This document shows positions 8,979 through 19,439 of a DNA stretch of 64,000 bases, one piece after another. The translations under genes and the position numbers were made by a program. Origin of the DNA: Polyangiaceae bacterium (GTDB lineage Bacteria; Myxococcota_A; Polyangia; Polyangiales; Polyangiaceae); the NCBI GenBank assembly GCA_033763455.1, contig JANRKO010000062.1, positions 87,816 to 151,815 on the forward strand. Reading direction: 5' to 3'. The notes below the pieces were generated by a model that saw nothing but the letters and a program-made list of their open reading frames with translations, was not told the origin of the DNA and made no database searches. The first letter of the stretch is position 1. Each line of letters begins with the position of its first letter.

Positions 8979-10696
8979 CGAACCTCAGTGTTGTTGATGT
9001 TCGGCGGAGGCTTCCTGTTGCGGTGGGGAGTGCGGGCGAAAAAACAGCCTCAGATCTCCTGCGGTTGGCGCATAACCTCGCTTCGCAATTGCCGAGCTCG
9101 CCGAACGCTCAGCAAGTGGCGGTGCTGTGCCTCGACCGCTACTACTTTGCGGCGGCCGTGCTGGGGGTCTGGTTGGCAGGTCATACCGTGGCGCTCCCGC
9201 CTAACGACAAGCCAGCCATGTTGGCCAGTATTCAGGCAACCCAATCCCTTTTGGCCGTCTGGGGCGATGGCCAGAATAGCGCGGACGTGGACGTCCGAAA
9301 TTGCGCCGAATTACGCGCAGATGCGCCCCCTTTCGCGGCTTTCCCCGCTGCTCGGCTAGCGGCTCGCGTCTATTCATCGGGCACCACGGGTTCTCCCGTT
9401 GCGTACGAGAAGACGTTCGCTCAATTGCTGGGCGAGGCCGAGGTGTTGGCAAATTTGTTGGGGCTCCTCGGGGCCACCGTGCTCCCCACCGTAGCGGCCC
9501 AGCACATCTACGGGTTTCTTGTAGGGGTGTTAGCGCCGTTGATAAGCGGTGGTGCATTTGTGCGGGAAACACCGCTCTACCCCGGGCACATACTCGAGGC
9601 CGCAGCGGCAGTGAAGGCAACGGTGTTGGTGAGTGTTCCTGCGCACCTCAAGGGGCTAGCCGTGCGGGCCGCCGAGGCGCCGCTTTCGGAGTTTTCAGTT
9701 CGTCGCATTGTTTCATCCGGTGCTCCACTGCCGAGGGAAACGGGAGAAAGTCTGAAGCAGCAATTGGGCGTACAAGTGGTGGAGCTGTTTGGCTCAACGG
9801 AGACCGGAGGCATCGCTCAGCGCTCACCCGGAGCCCTAGATTGGGCGCCGCTACCCGGAGTGCAAATCACCACCGCGCGCGCTTTGGGGCGCTCGGATTT
9901 TTTCGAAGATCAACTGTTCGTGCAGTCCGTGTTTACCGGTCACACGGGTTGGTTCGCCACGGGGGATCGCGTTGAGCTCTCGAAGGGGGGCACGTTCTTG
10001 CACAAGAGCAGAAGCGATAGAGTCGGCAAGGTGGGGGGAAAGCGTGTTGATTTGGGTGCGCTCGAACATCTGCTTGCGGCGGTACCTGGTGTTGAGGAGG
10101 TGGCGGTGCTGGGCCTCAGGGCACCACCACCGCGTGATGTGGAGCTCGTTTCGGTGCTTGTGGCGCCCGGTGTGAGCATAGAATCGCTCCGGGAGGCGCT
10201 CTTGCAAGTATTCGATCCGGTAGCGGTGCCTAGGCGGTGGCGGTTCGTTCAACAGTTACCGCGCCAGGCTCTCGGCAAGGTGGCTCGCGCCGAGCTTGAA
10301 GCACTTTTTGATCCGAACACGGAAGCCCCCGTACTGGGCGTTACGTGCGAAACGCGTACGTGTTTGGCCAGCAAAGAAGGCAGCGCTTTCACATTTTCCA
10401 TCTTCGCTCCCAAACAAGCTTGGTTTTTTCGGGGGCACTTTGAGGGGGACCCACTCATGCCTGCCGTGGTGCAGATAAATGATGTGGTGCTGCCCCACAT
10501 AGCGCGTTCCTTTGGGAACCTAGGCTCGCTCCGTCACGCGCAGCGCTTGAAGTTTAAGCGCCCAATCCGCCCGGGGGAGCTCTTGACGCTGGAGCTCCAG
10601 CGTCCAAACGCGGAAATGATGGTGCATTTTGAGTTGCTGGCGGGCGAGCACAAGTGCAGCAGCGGCACGCTTCTGTTTGGAGATTTGGGCGTATGA
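8975..10696 (+). CDS. AMP-dependent acyl ligase fused to a C-terminal FabZ-like hot-dog dehydratase (ApeH/ApeI-like)
   Basis: YSSGTTG, HIYG, ELFGSTETGG, TGD, KVGGKRV and LGKV motifs, then FFRGHFEGDPLMPAVVQI...LKFKRPIRPG. Confidence 0.85.
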   Translation: MTNLSVVDVRRRLPVAVGSAGEKTASDLLRLAHNLASQLPSSPNAQQVAVLCLDRYYFAAAVLGVWLAGHTVALPPNDKPAMLASIQATQSLLAVWGDGQNSADVDVRNCAELRADAPPFAAFPAARLAARVYSSGTTGSPVAYEKTFAQLLGEAEVLANLLGLLGATVLPTVAAQHIYGFLVGVLAPLISGGAFVRETPLYPGHILEAAAAVKATVLVSVPAHLKGLAVRAAEAPLSEFSVRRIVSSGAPLPRETGESLKQQLGVQVVELFGSTETGGIAQRSPGALDWAPLPGVQITTARALGRSDFFEDQLFVQSVFTGHTGWFATGDRVELSKGGTFLHKSRSDRVGKVGGKRVDLGALEHLLAAVPGVEEVAVLGLRAPPPRDVELVSVLVAPGVSIESLREALLQVFDPVAVPRRWRFVQQLPRQALGKVARAELEALFDPNTEAPVLGVTCETRTCLASKEGSAFTFSIFAPKQAWFFRGHFEGDPLMPAVVQINDVVLPHIARSFGNLGSLRHAQRLKFKRPIRPGELLTLELQRPNAEMMVHFELLAGEHKCSSGTLLFGDLGV

Positions 10697-11448
10697 GCTT
10701 TCGCCCGTGTCTTGTTATCCCCACTTACAACAATCCGGCCACCATCGGCGCCGTGGTGAAGGCAGCGCGCGAACATCTGCAAGATATCCTGGTGGTAGAC
10801 GACGGCAGCGATGCGGCCGGCCGGGATGCTGTTGCGGAGCTCGGAGCGACTGGCTTGGCCGTCGTACATCATCGCCCTCAAAATGGCGGAAAAGGGGCGG
10901 CGGTAAAAACGGGGATTCGCTTGGCTCGGGAGCTGGGCTTTTCGCATGTGCTGCAGATTGACGGCGATGGTCAACACACGCTCGGCGATATTCCGCGGTT
11001 TCTTGAGCAAGCGCGCCTAAACCCCGATGCCTTGATCTTGGGCCAGCCGAGGTTTGACAGCTCTGCGCCAAGAGCTCGGCTTTGGGGGCGTAAGCTCACG
11101 CACTTGTGGGTCCACATCGAAACCGGCGGGAAAGTGATTGCCGAACCGATGTGTGGCTATCGTGTCTATCCTGTAGCGGCGGCTTTGGCCGTGATGCCTG
11201 CGTCGAACCGTATGGATTTTGACCCTGAAATTGCAGTGCGAATGGTGTGGCATGGGGTAAAGGTGGTGAATCTTGAGACGGACGTGCGCTACCTTACGGC
11301 TGAAGAAGGTGGCGTTTCGCACTTTCAAATGGGTTGGGACAACGTGCGCATTACGTGGATGCACATTCGTTTGGTGGTGGGCGCCATCTTGCTTTTGATC
11401 ACGGGCCATACCTTGAGAGGCAAAACGTGGCGCACGCGAATTGGTTGA
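10693..11448 (+). CDS. Glycosyltransferase family 2 (ApeJ N-terminal-like)
   Basis: VIPTYNN, VVDDGS, NGGKGAAVKTG, QIDGDGQH, CGYRVYP, GGVSHF. Confidence 0.9.
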   Translation: MSFRPCLVIPTYNNPATIGAVVKAAREHLQDILVVDDGSDAAGRDAVAELGATGLAVVHHRPQNGGKGAAVKTGIRLARELGFSHVLQIDGDGQHTLGDIPRFLEQARLNPDALILGQPRFDSSAPRARLWGRKLTHLWVHIETGGKVIAEPMCGYRVYPVAAALAVMPASNRMDFDPEIAVRMVWHGVKVVNLETDVRYLTAEEGGVSHFQMGWDNVRITWMHIRLVVGAILLLITGHTLRGKTWRTRIG

Positions 11449-12332
11449 GCATTCGCGAGACCGGCAGCGTGTGGGGCATGCGCGTGCTTCTTTTTCTGAG
11501 CACCGCCTTCGGCCGTTGGCCCGCGCGCATGGTGTTGAAGCCGGTGGCGCTGTATTACGCCGTTTTTTATCGAACTGCGCGGCGCGCATCGAAGCAATAC
11601 CTTGCATACTCGGGCATTCGGCCCACCTTTTCGCACGTGTTTACCCATGTGCTGCATTTTGCTGAATGCAGCCTGGATCGGTTGTTCTTTCTTCGTGGCA
11701 ACTTCAAGCCATTCGTGATCCGGACGGTGGGCTCTCTGCACATTGAAAAGCTGGCGGCCACCAAGCGCGGTGCGATCTTGCTTGGGGCACACCTCGGGAG
11801 CTTCGAAGCGATGCGCGCCGTTGGAGAGGCTACTCAGGCTAACATCAATGTTGTGGGTTACTTTGGTAACGCACGAGCGATCAATCGGCTGCTCGATCGG
11901 GGAAGTGGTGGCAAGGTGGGAACACGTCTGCTTGAAGTCACGCCCAATTCGCTCGAATTCATTTTCAAGGCCAAAGATCTTTTGGAGCAGGGCGAGATGC
12001 TGGGGATTTTGGGGGATAGGGTGATGTCCAATCAGGTCACCGAGGTCACTTTCTTTGGAAAAAAGGCGGCCTTTCCGTCGGGGCCGTGGGTGCTCGCGGC
12101 AAGCCTGAAGTGCCCCGTGTACCTCACCTTCGGGCTGTATTTTGCTCCGAATACCTACGAGCTTCATTGCGAGCCGTTTGCGGAAGTTGTTACCCTCCCT
12201 CGCGGCACACGGGAGGCGGCTCTCCGCTCCTACGTGCAGGACTTCGCGACCCGTCTGGAGTATTACGCCCGGCTGGCACCCTACAATTGGTTCAACTTTT
12301 TTCCCTTCTGGAGTGACGAAGATGCCGGCTAG
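11427..12332 (+). CDS. LpxL-type lipid acyltransferase (ApeJ C-terminal-like)
   Basis: LLGAHLGSFEAMR, ILGDR and C-terminal APYNWFNFFPFW. GTG start with GAGAGG RBS. Confidence 0.85.
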   Translation: MAHANWLSIRETGSVWGMRVLLFLSTAFGRWPARMVLKPVALYYAVFYRTARRASKQYLAYSGIRPTFSHVFTHVLHFAECSLDRLFFLRGNFKPFVIRTVGSLHIEKLAATKRGAILLGAHLGSFEAMRAVGEATQANINVVGYFGNARAINRLLDRGSGGKVGTRLLEVTPNSLEFIFKAKDLLEQGEMLGILGDRVMSNQVTEVTFFGKKAAFPSGPWVLAASLKCPVYLTFGLYFAPNTYELHCEPFAEVVTLPRGTREAALRSYVQDFATRLEYYARLAPYNWFNFFPFWSDEDAG

Positions 12333-13848
12333 CGCGATGGTGGTGGTGGGTGAAGAACCGTTGAGCATTGAAGATATTGTGGCGCTTGCACGGGGTAATG
12401 CTGAAGCCATGCTCGCAAGTGGGGGCGAATATCACGCACGAGTGGAGGCGAGCCACGACATCTTGGTGCAGGCCACACGTAGCGGGCGCCCCATCTACGG
12501 AGTAAATACTGGTTTTGGCGTCTCGTGCGGGGTGGGTGTTGATGCGGAGTGGCTGCAACGGATGCCCGCGAATTTAGTACGGTTCCATGGTTGTGGGGTG
12601 GGGGCCTGCTTGAGCGTAGAAGACAGCGCCGGAGTGGTTGCCGTGCGCTTGGCGAGCCTCGCGCGCGGCTATTCTGGAGTTCGCCCAAGGCTTTTGGAGC
12701 ACCTGGCGGCCTTGCTCAATCAGCGCATTATCCCTCGCATTCCGAGCCAGGGCTCAGTGGGCGCCAGTGGCGATCTTACGCCGCTCTCCTACGTGGCGGC
12801 CGTGGTGATGGGGGAGCGCGAAGTGCACTATCGCGGCGCCGTTGTCCCCGCAGCACAGGCGTTAGCAGAAGCCGGGCTGGAGCCTTTGGTGTTTGAGCCC
12901 AAGGAAAGCTTGGCGATTATGAACGGCACAAGCGTGATGACGGCGCTTGCCTGTTCCGCGTTCGTTGCGGCCGAGCGTTTGTGTCGCGTAGCTGCGGCGT
13001 GGACGGCCATGCTGTGCGACGCGGTGGGCGGCAACGCTTCGCACTTTCACGAGCGCATCTTCGCGCTCAAGCCACACCCCGGGCAGATGCAGGCGGCACG
13101 TTGGATTCGCGAGGGGTTAGAGGCCCAGGTCGAGCAGAATAGCTCGGGGCAGCGGTTACAGGATCGATATTCCTTACGTTGCGCGCCGCATGTCATAGGC
13201 GTGGCGCTCGACACGCTCACCTTCGTGCGGCAATGGCTGGAAACCGAAATCAACGGCGTGAACGATAACCCAATTGTGGATCCGCTCACTGGCGAGGTTT
13301 TCATGGGCGGTAATTTTTACGGCGGGCACGTGGCCCAAGCGATGGACTCCCTGAAAACAGCCATCGCCAGTATTGCTGATCTCATGGATCGCCAGCTCCT
13401 GCTCTTGTGTGATCCGGCGGCTAACGGCGGGCTCCCGCGGGATCTCGTTGCCCCGAGTGGAGCTGCCGCGACTGCCAATTTTGGCTTTAAAGCCATACAA
13501 ATCCTCACCTCCGCGCTAGCCGCTGAAGCACTCAAGCTCACCATGCCCGCCACAGCGTTTAGCCGCAGCACTGAAGGTCACAACCAAGACAAAGTGAGCA
13601 TGGGCACCATCGCCGCTCGGGATTGCCAAACCATTATCGAGTTCACGGAGACTACCGCGGCCGCAACCCTTCTGGCCCTATGCCAGGCCATCGACCTCGG
13701 TGGGCCCGAGCGTGCTCATCAGCGAGCAAGGGAGCTACACGCATTCGTTCGCCAACACATCCCCATGGTTACCGAGGATCGGAGGATGGACGAAGACATC
13801 GGCCTCGTGCTCCAGTGGCTCCGTCGAAGCGAGCTTCCCCTTGGATAA
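12322..13848 (+). CDS. MIO-dependent aromatic amino acid ammonia-lyase (HAL/PAL/TAL family)
   Basis: YGVNTGFG, GSVGASGDL (ASG/MIO), KESLAIMNGT, QDRYSLRC, NDNP, GGNFYG, HNQDKVSMG. Confidence 0.92.
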   Translation: MPASAMVVVGEEPLSIEDIVALARGNAEAMLASGGEYHARVEASHDILVQATRSGRPIYGVNTGFGVSCGVGVDAEWLQRMPANLVRFHGCGVGACLSVEDSAGVVAVRLASLARGYSGVRPRLLEHLAALLNQRIIPRIPSQGSVGASGDLTPLSYVAAVVMGEREVHYRGAVVPAAQALAEAGLEPLVFEPKESLAIMNGTSVMTALACSAFVAAERLCRVAAAWTAMLCDAVGGNASHFHERIFALKPHPGQMQAARWIREGLEAQVEQNSSGQRLQDRYSLRCAPHVIGVALDTLTFVRQWLETEINGVNDNPIVDPLTGEVFMGGNFYGGHVAQAMDSLKTAIASIADLMDRQLLLLCDPAANGGLPRDLVAPSGAAATANFGFKAIQILTSALAAEALKLTMPATAFSRSTEGHNQDKVSMGTIAARDCQTIIEFTETTAAATLLALCQAIDLGGPERAHQRARELHAFVRQHIPMVTEDRRMDEDIGLVLQWLRRSELPLG

Positions 13849-13851
13849 ATC

Positions 13852-14517
13852 ATGAAGCAGCTGAGTCGACGCCTTTGCTTGAGCGCAGCGGTTCTAGGTC
13901 CGTTGGGGAGCTTTTTGCCCGGTCCAGCCGCCGCTGGCCCTACGCCTTGCGCGGGTGGGCTTTCTGGCATTCTCAAGCCTTTTGCCAAGCTGAAGGGGTT
14001 CTCCGTAGACTTCGTTGAAGAAAAACGGATCGCGTTGCTCCGAAAGCCGCTCGTAAACACGGGCAGCATTGTGTTCAAGGCGCCGCACCAACTGGTTCGC
14101 CGCGTTGACGCCCCTCAGCCGTCTGCGATTTGGATCAAACCCGGGCAGGTTCGTATTCGCGACGCATCGGGCGAGCGCAATTTGGATGTCACGCGTTGGG
14201 GTCCTGCGAATGTGCTAATTCAGAGTTTTCTGTACGTCCTTAGCGGGGATGCCGAGAGCCTGCGAAAGCACTACCGAATCGAAGATAGCTGTGAGGGCGG
14301 CGTGTGGAAGCTGAAGCTCACGCCTCGTGCCCCGGAGTTGGCCAAGATCCTCCGGCATTTGGTCATTGTAGGTCACGGCGCCACGCCCGAAAGCCTGGAG
14401 CTTCTGGATGGCTCGGGCGATCTTTCTGTCACGCGCTTCACTGGGCTTAATACTCAAGCGCGCTTTAACGAAGCTCAGCTAAAGAAGTTCTTCAAGGCTA
14501 CGCGGGCCAAGCCGTGA
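13852..14517 (+). CDS. LolA-like periplasmic lipid/lipoprotein carrier (ApeL-like)
   Basis: Signal peptide, FVEEKRIALLRKPLVNTGSIVF and WKLKLTP. Position just before the MMPL gene. Confidence 0.8.
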   Translation: MKQLSRRLCLSAAVLGPLGSFLPGPAAAGPTPCAGGLSGILKPFAKLKGFSVDFVEEKRIALLRKPLVNTGSIVFKAPHQLVRRVDAPQPSAIWIKPGQVRIRDASGERNLDVTRWGPANVLIQSFLYVLSGDAESLRKHYRIEDSCEGGVWKLKLTPRAPELAKILRHLVIVGHGATPESLELLDGSGDLSVTRFTGLNTQARFNEAQLKKFFKATRAKP

Positions 14518-16868
14518 ATAAGCTTCGGTTCCTCAGTGTGCTTTTTTTGCTCTTGGCGAGCGTCTATGCCCTCCGCTTCCTCAAGCTCACGACAGATCTA
14601 GAATATTTTCTGCCTGAAGGGTCCGGTGAGAGCCAGATCGATAGTGAGGTGCTGCACGCACTGTCACAGTCCGAGTTATCTCGACGGATTGTGTTGATGG
14701 TCTCAGCGGTGGAGCAGCGTCGCGCAATAGCTGTCGCCAAGGATCTGAAATCCGAGCTCGCGAGCTTGCCTGTGCGGCTCTCATCCGGGGCGGAGGTGGC
14801 TGAACCTTTGGTGGCGGCGCTGGTGCATCACCGCTACCAATTCATTTCGAATAATCCCGAAACGGAACTGCCTCGGCTCTTTTCCGCCCAAGGTCTCAGC
14901 AGAGCGGTCGGAGAGCTCAAGGCGGCCCTGGCTTCCCCCGCGGCTCCCCTGGTGCGAGCCGGCGCAGTGCAAGATCCCCTCTTGCTCTCACGCCGCGCCC
15001 TGGAGCGATTTGCCAACCTGAATACGTCCCAACTTCAGCTGGTGGACGGAGTGCTCGTAACAGCCGATGGCACCCAAGCTGTGTTGTTTGCGACAAGTGA
15101 TGCTCAAGCCTTTGATGGTCACGCGCAAACCGAGCTTTGGTCTGGCCTTGAGGCGGCTTTCGCTAAGGTTCGACGCCGAGCTTCGGGTCCGGTGATGATC
15201 GAGGCTTCAGCGCTCTCCCGCTTTGCGGTGGCCGCTGAAAAAAGCATGCGAGCAGACGTAACTCGAGTGGGAAGCATCTCTTCGATTGCCATTCTGTTGC
15301 TCCTCTGGCTGGTGTTTGTGCGGTTGCGGTATCTGCCGATCCTTATGTTGCCTCTTGGCGTGGGGTTTCTCGTTGGTACCTGCGCTTGCCAATTGGCATT
15401 CGGCCATATTCACGCCATGACGTTCGCGTTTGGTTCATCGCTCATTGGCGTCTGCATTGATTACCCTATTCACCTGGTGAATCACCTGGTGCTCCGCGAC
15501 GGTGCGAAAGGCGAGGGGTCCCAATCCGTGCTGGTGGCGTTGCTGTTGGGTTGCGTCACCACTGTGTTCGGGCTCGGAGCTATGGGCTGGGGAGGGTTGC
15601 CCGGGTTGCGAGAAATTGCGGTTTTTGGGGCCTCCGGGGTCTTTGCCGCATTTCTGGCTACCGTGCTCTGGTTGCCCTTGGCGGTAAACGACAAGGATGA
15701 AGCTCCCCCGCGGCACCGCAAGTTGGCGGCTGTATTCGGGCAAGGCTTGGAGGTCCTGCTCCGTCGGAGGGTGCCTGCCTACGTGTGCCTCGCGTTGGCC
15801 GCAGGCCTATGCCTCGTTGGTCTGCCATACGTGCGGTGGGAAGATGATCCAAGCAAGCTTTCCGTGCTCGATCCTTATATCGAGGCCGAAGATGCGCGAG
15901 TGCGCCGGGCCGCCCTAGGCCAAGAGGGATCAGAGTTTATCGTACTCATTTCACACGCCTCCGAGCAGGGGAGCCTTGTAGCGAATGATGCGCTTGCCGC
16001 GAAGTTGGACCGGCTCGTTTCGGTGGGGGCGTTGCGCGGATACAACTCCTTGCACAACGTTATCTGGTCTGAAGAGTTGCAAACACGAAACCTAACAAGC
16101 GTGAAAGAGTATCTCACGCTCGAACGGCTGCGTGCCGCGTTGGAACACGAGGGCTTTGCAAGCGAGGCTTTTGAGCCTTTTGGTGAAAATAATGTTGATT
16201 TGGCGCTGCCCCCGCTGCGTTTGGCGGACCTCAGCAAAGACGCCCATTCCGCGTTGGTGGCTCCGTGGTTCATCTCGCTTTCGGGGGGGCGGCGAGGTTT
16301 GCTCACTCGGCTATCGGGAGTAAAAGACGAGGCGGCGTTGAAGGCGCTGGTGGCGGGCATGCCCGGCGCCCGCTACGTGAACGTGGCTGAGTTTCGAGCT
16401 AACGCCTACTCTCTTTTTCGGAGCCGGATGCTGCTCCTGTTGGCGGTAGGCATGGTGGCGGTGGGCGCACTGCTCGCGGCTCACTATCGCCGTTGGCGCT
16501 TGGTGGTGTGCTCGTTCGTGCCTGCCGTGCTCGCAGCGTTATCGACAGTGGGCCTTTTGGCGTTGTCCGGGCAGCCCCTGAATCTCATGCACGTGTTGGG
16601 TCTGTTGTTGGTTTTGGGCATGGGGGTAGATTACGGGATTTTCTTGGTGGAGAGCTTGAAGGGCCGTGCGTGGCTGGGCGGGCCCGCGTTGAGCATCAGC
16701 ATGGCCTGTGCTTCCACGGTGCTGTCATTCGGCCTTTTGGCTCTGTCTGCTTCGCCAGCACTGAGCGCTGTAGGTCAGATGATTGGCTGGGGTGTGGTGT
16801 TATCGATGGTATTCGCGGTGGCCTCGGCCGCGGTATTTTTTCGCCACCCAGAAGGTACACCAACATGA
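14514..16868 (+). CDS. MMPL/RND-family exporter (ApeM-like)
   Basis: Two TM bundles with FGSSLIGVCIDYPIH and LVLGMGVDYGIF motifs. Confidence 0.88.
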   Translation: MNKLRFLSVLFLLLASVYALRFLKLTTDLEYFLPEGSGESQIDSEVLHALSQSELSRRIVLMVSAVEQRRAIAVAKDLKSELASLPVRLSSGAEVAEPLVAALVHHRYQFISNNPETELPRLFSAQGLSRAVGELKAALASPAAPLVRAGAVQDPLLLSRRALERFANLNTSQLQLVDGVLVTADGTQAVLFATSDAQAFDGHAQTELWSGLEAAFAKVRRRASGPVMIEASALSRFAVAAEKSMRADVTRVGSISSIAILLLLWLVFVRLRYLPILMLPLGVGFLVGTCACQLAFGHIHAMTFAFGSSLIGVCIDYPIHLVNHLVLRDGAKGEGSQSVLVALLLGCVTTVFGLGAMGWGGLPGLREIAVFGASGVFAAFLATVLWLPLAVNDKDEAPPRHRKLAAVFGQGLEVLLRRRVPAYVCLALAAGLCLVGLPYVRWEDDPSKLSVLDPYIEAEDARVRRAALGQEGSEFIVLISHASEQGSLVANDALAAKLDRLVSVGALRGYNSLHNVIWSEELQTRNLTSVKEYLTLERLRAALEHEGFASEAFEPFGENNVDLALPPLRLADLSKDAHSALVAPWFISLSGGRRGLLTRLSGVKDEAALKALVAGMPGARYVNVAEFRANAYSLFRSRMLLLLAVGMVAVGALLAAHYRRWRLVVCSFVPAVLAALSTVGLLALSGQPLNLMHVLGLLLVLGMGVDYGIFLVESLKGRAWLGGPALSISMACASTVLSFGLLALSASPALSAVGQMIGWGVVLSMVFAVASAAVFFRHPEGTPT

Positions 16869-17497
16869 GGCCCTCGTGGTTGCTGGCTTTATCTCTGCTA
16901 TGCGCCTGCGGGCCTGCGCCTCGCGCCACAAGGCCTGCGTTATCACCCGCAAGCTTTGCAGATCTGGCACAGGTGGATTGGGATTTTTCCTGGCGGCAGA
17001 GCATTGTCGCAACGTACGTGCGCCCGGATCACGGCGGCCGAACTGAGTCCGCTTCCTTCGAGGCGGTGTTGCAGAAGGAGGGAAGTATTCTAACCCTGGT
17101 GGGGTTAACGCCGTTTGGTTCCCGCGCGTTCGTTATTCGCCAGGTGGGGGTCGCCGTGAGTGTGATTGAAGGAAGGCGCGCCGATCTCCCGTTTGAAGCG
17201 AGCTACATTCTGTTGGATGTAAATCGCTGCTTCTTCTTGGGGCTAACCTCTAAAACGTTAGCTGATGGGTGGACCCAGCAAGAAGTGAACGGGGAGGTAA
17301 TTCGAGACTTTTGGCAAGGCGGCCAGTTGAAAGAGCGGATTTTTTTAACCAAAGGTGAGCCCACGGGGTCTCGAGTTTTGATTCGCTATACGCCGGGGTT
17401 TACTCGTTCCACGGCGCCCAAGAGTTTAGAGCTCGTGAACGAACGTTTTCGCTACCGTCTGAACATCACTCTGCTGGAAGCTGAACCGCCCCTCTAG
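16865..17497 (+). CDS. DUF3261-like lipoprotein (ApeN-like)
   Basis: Lipobox LCAC, LTLVGLTPFGSRAF, YILLDV and C-terminal YRLNI. Last gene of the + arm. Confidence 0.75.
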   Translation: MRPSWLLALSLLCACGPAPRATRPALSPASFADLAQVDWDFSWRQSIVATYVRPDHGGRTESASFEAVLQKEGSILTLVGLTPFGSRAFVIRQVGVAVSVIEGRRADLPFEASYILLDVNRCFFLGLTSKTLADGWTQQEVNGEVIRDFWQGGQLKERIFLTKGEPTGSRVLIRYTPGFTRSTAPKSLELVNERFRYRLNITLLEAEPPL

Positions 17498-18717
17498 ATC
17501 CTTTGGAAAATGAGGGAGGTGTTGATCCCGCCGAACGCGAAGTTGTTGCTCATGACGACCTTAACGGGCTGTTGGCGGGGTGCCGCCTTGATATAGTTGA
17601 GCTTGGCGCAGAGCGGGTCTGTTTCCACTAAGTTGCGCGTTTCGGGGACAAAAGCGTTTTGGATCGCCGAAATGCTGAAAATTGCCTCGATGGCGCCACA
17701 GGCTCCTAGCGTGTGCCCCGTGTGCCCCTTGGTGGAGCTGAACGCGACCTTTTCGCCAAGTATGCTCTGCGCCGCTAGGCTTTCGGCGCGGTCCCCAGCC
17801 TCAGTGCCGGTGCCGTGGGCGTTGACGTAGTCCAACTGTGAGGCATTCATGCCAGCGCTTTCCAAGGCCAGGCGGATAACCCCGGCCATGCCCTCAGCAG
17901 AAGGCGCCGTAACGTGCGTACCGTCACAATTGGTGCCGTAGCCCATGAGCTCGGCGTGAATGTGCGCACCCCGCCGGCGAGCGTGTTCGTACTCTTCAAG
18001 CACCAGCGTGCCTGCTCCTTCACCCACCACCAGCCCGTCGCGCTGGCTGTCAAATGGGCGAGGGCTGAGGTCGGGGCGGGTGTTGAACTTGGTGGAGGTC
18101 GCGAACAAGATGTCGAAGATCCCGGCGTGAACGAAGTGCATCTCTTCTGCGCCGCCACACAACATCGCATCTTGCCAGCCCGCGCGAATCGCCTCAAAGG
18201 CGTATCCGATGCCCATGCTTGCGCTCGCGCACGCGGCCACCGTGGGCTGCACTCGCCCCCGAATGCCGTAATGTTGTGCCAGGTTTGCCGCGCAGGTGTG
18301 CCCCATGAACTTCAGGTAAGAAGTGGCTGGAATGCCGCGGAAGCCCTCGTTGGCAAAGAGCGTACGCGTGAATGTTTCCAATTCCGCAGAGGACCCGTGA
18401 GTTGAGCCATAGGCCAAGCCTAAGCGCCCACTAGCTAATGAATCCGCAGGTAACCCGCTGTCAGCGAGCGCGCTGTCCGTGGCCGCGAGCGCCAATACGC
18501 CCACCCGCCCCATGGTGCGAGCGATCTTGCGCCCATAATCCAGCGGAGCGCCGACTACGGGTGCCCCAAGACGCGTGTTTAGGCTACCGATACTCTCCCA
18601 CTCCGGCATGGTCCGGATGCCGTGCTGGGAGCCAAGGAGAGCTTCGGTGACCGCTGGGAGACTGTGCCCAATGGGCGAAACGAGGCCAACGCCGGTTACT
18701 ACCACTCTGCGGTTCAT
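17494..18717 (-). CDS. Beta-ketoacyl-ACP synthase (FabF-like, ApeR-like)
   Basis: RRVVVTGVG, catalytic AACAS, NAHGTGT, GHTLGACG, NNFAFGGIN. Confidence 0.92.
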   Translation of the reverse strand: MNRRVVVTGVGLVSPIGHSLPAVTEALLGSQHGIRTMPEWESIGSLNTRLGAPVVGAPLDYGRKIARTMGRVGVLALAATDSALADSGLPADSLASGRLGLAYGSTHGSSAELETFTRTLFANEGFRGIPATSYLKFMGHTCAANLAQHYGIRGRVQPTVAACASASMGIGYAFEAIRAGWQDAMLCGGAEEMHFVHAGIFDILFATSTKFNTRPDLSPRPFDSQRDGLVVGEGAGTLVLEEYEHARRRGAHIHAELMGYGTNCDGTHVTAPSAEGMAGVIRLALESAGMNASQLDYVNAHGTGTEAGDRAESLAAQSILGEKVAFSSTKGHTGHTLGACGAIEAIFSISAIQNAFVPETRNLVETDPLCAKLNYIKAAPRQQPVKVVMSNNFAFGGINTSLIFQRI

Positions 18718-19439
18718 GCCAAGCCACCATTGATCGAGATGACCTGTCCGGTAATATAAGCAGCATCATCGCTTACGAGGAAGCGCACGAGCTTGGCAAC
18801 TTCAACGGCACGACCCACGCGGCGCAGGGGGATCTGCTTGGTGATTTCCTCCACGGGGGTGTCCACGAGCATATCCGTATCAATCAAGCCGGGAGCCACC
18901 GCATTGACCGTTATTTGGCGTTTACCAAGCTCCTTGGATAGTGATTTTACAGCGCCAATCAGGCCTGCTTTGGCTGCCGCGTAGTTCACCTGGCCGCGGT
19001 TTCCGATGATCCCGGAGATAGAAGAGATGCTAACAATGCGGCCCCACCGACGCCGCACCATCGGCATCACGAGTGGTTGGGTAACGTTGAAAAAACCATC
19101 CAGGCTCGTGCGGAGCACGGAACTCCAGTCGTCCTGTGTGAGTACTGGGAATGACGCATCTCGGGTAATTCCCGCATTGTTGATCACAACGCCGATTTCG
19201 CGGCCTTCTGTCAGCCATATATCAATGGCGGCACGGGTGGCTTCGGCGTCAGCTACGTCAAAACAGGCGAGCTCAGCTTCACCGCCGGCTGCAACAATCT
19301 CGCTCTGAACCAACAACGCCGCGGCCTCGTTACTCCGGAAATTGAGCAAGACGGGGTGGCCGGCTGCCGCCAACTCACGTGCAACCGCGGCACCAATGCC
19401 TCGGCTCGCGCCAGTGACCAAGGCCCAGGGGCGGATCAT
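18714..19439 (-). CDS. fabG: 3-oxoacyl-ACP reductase (ApeQ-like)
   Basis: TGASRGIG, NNAGITRD, YAAAK, NAVAPG, ITGQVISINGG. Confidence 0.9.
   Translation of the reverse strand: MIRPWALVTGASRGIGAAVARELAAAGHPVLLNFRSNEAAALLVQSEIVAAGGEAELACFDVADAEATRAAIDIWLTEGREIGVVINNAGITRDASFPVLTQDDWSSVLRTSLDGFFNVTQPLVMPMVRRRWGRIVSISSISGIIGNRGQVNYAAAKAGLIGAVKSLSKELGKRQITVNAVAPGLIDTDMLVDTPVEEITKQIPLRRVGRAVEVAKLVRFLVSDDAAYITGQVISINGGLA

Noticed and set aside
12322..13848. Histidine utilisation gene hutH
   Set aside because: No hutU/I/G nearby, the gene is embedded in the PKS operon, and it lacks the S-H selectivity pair.
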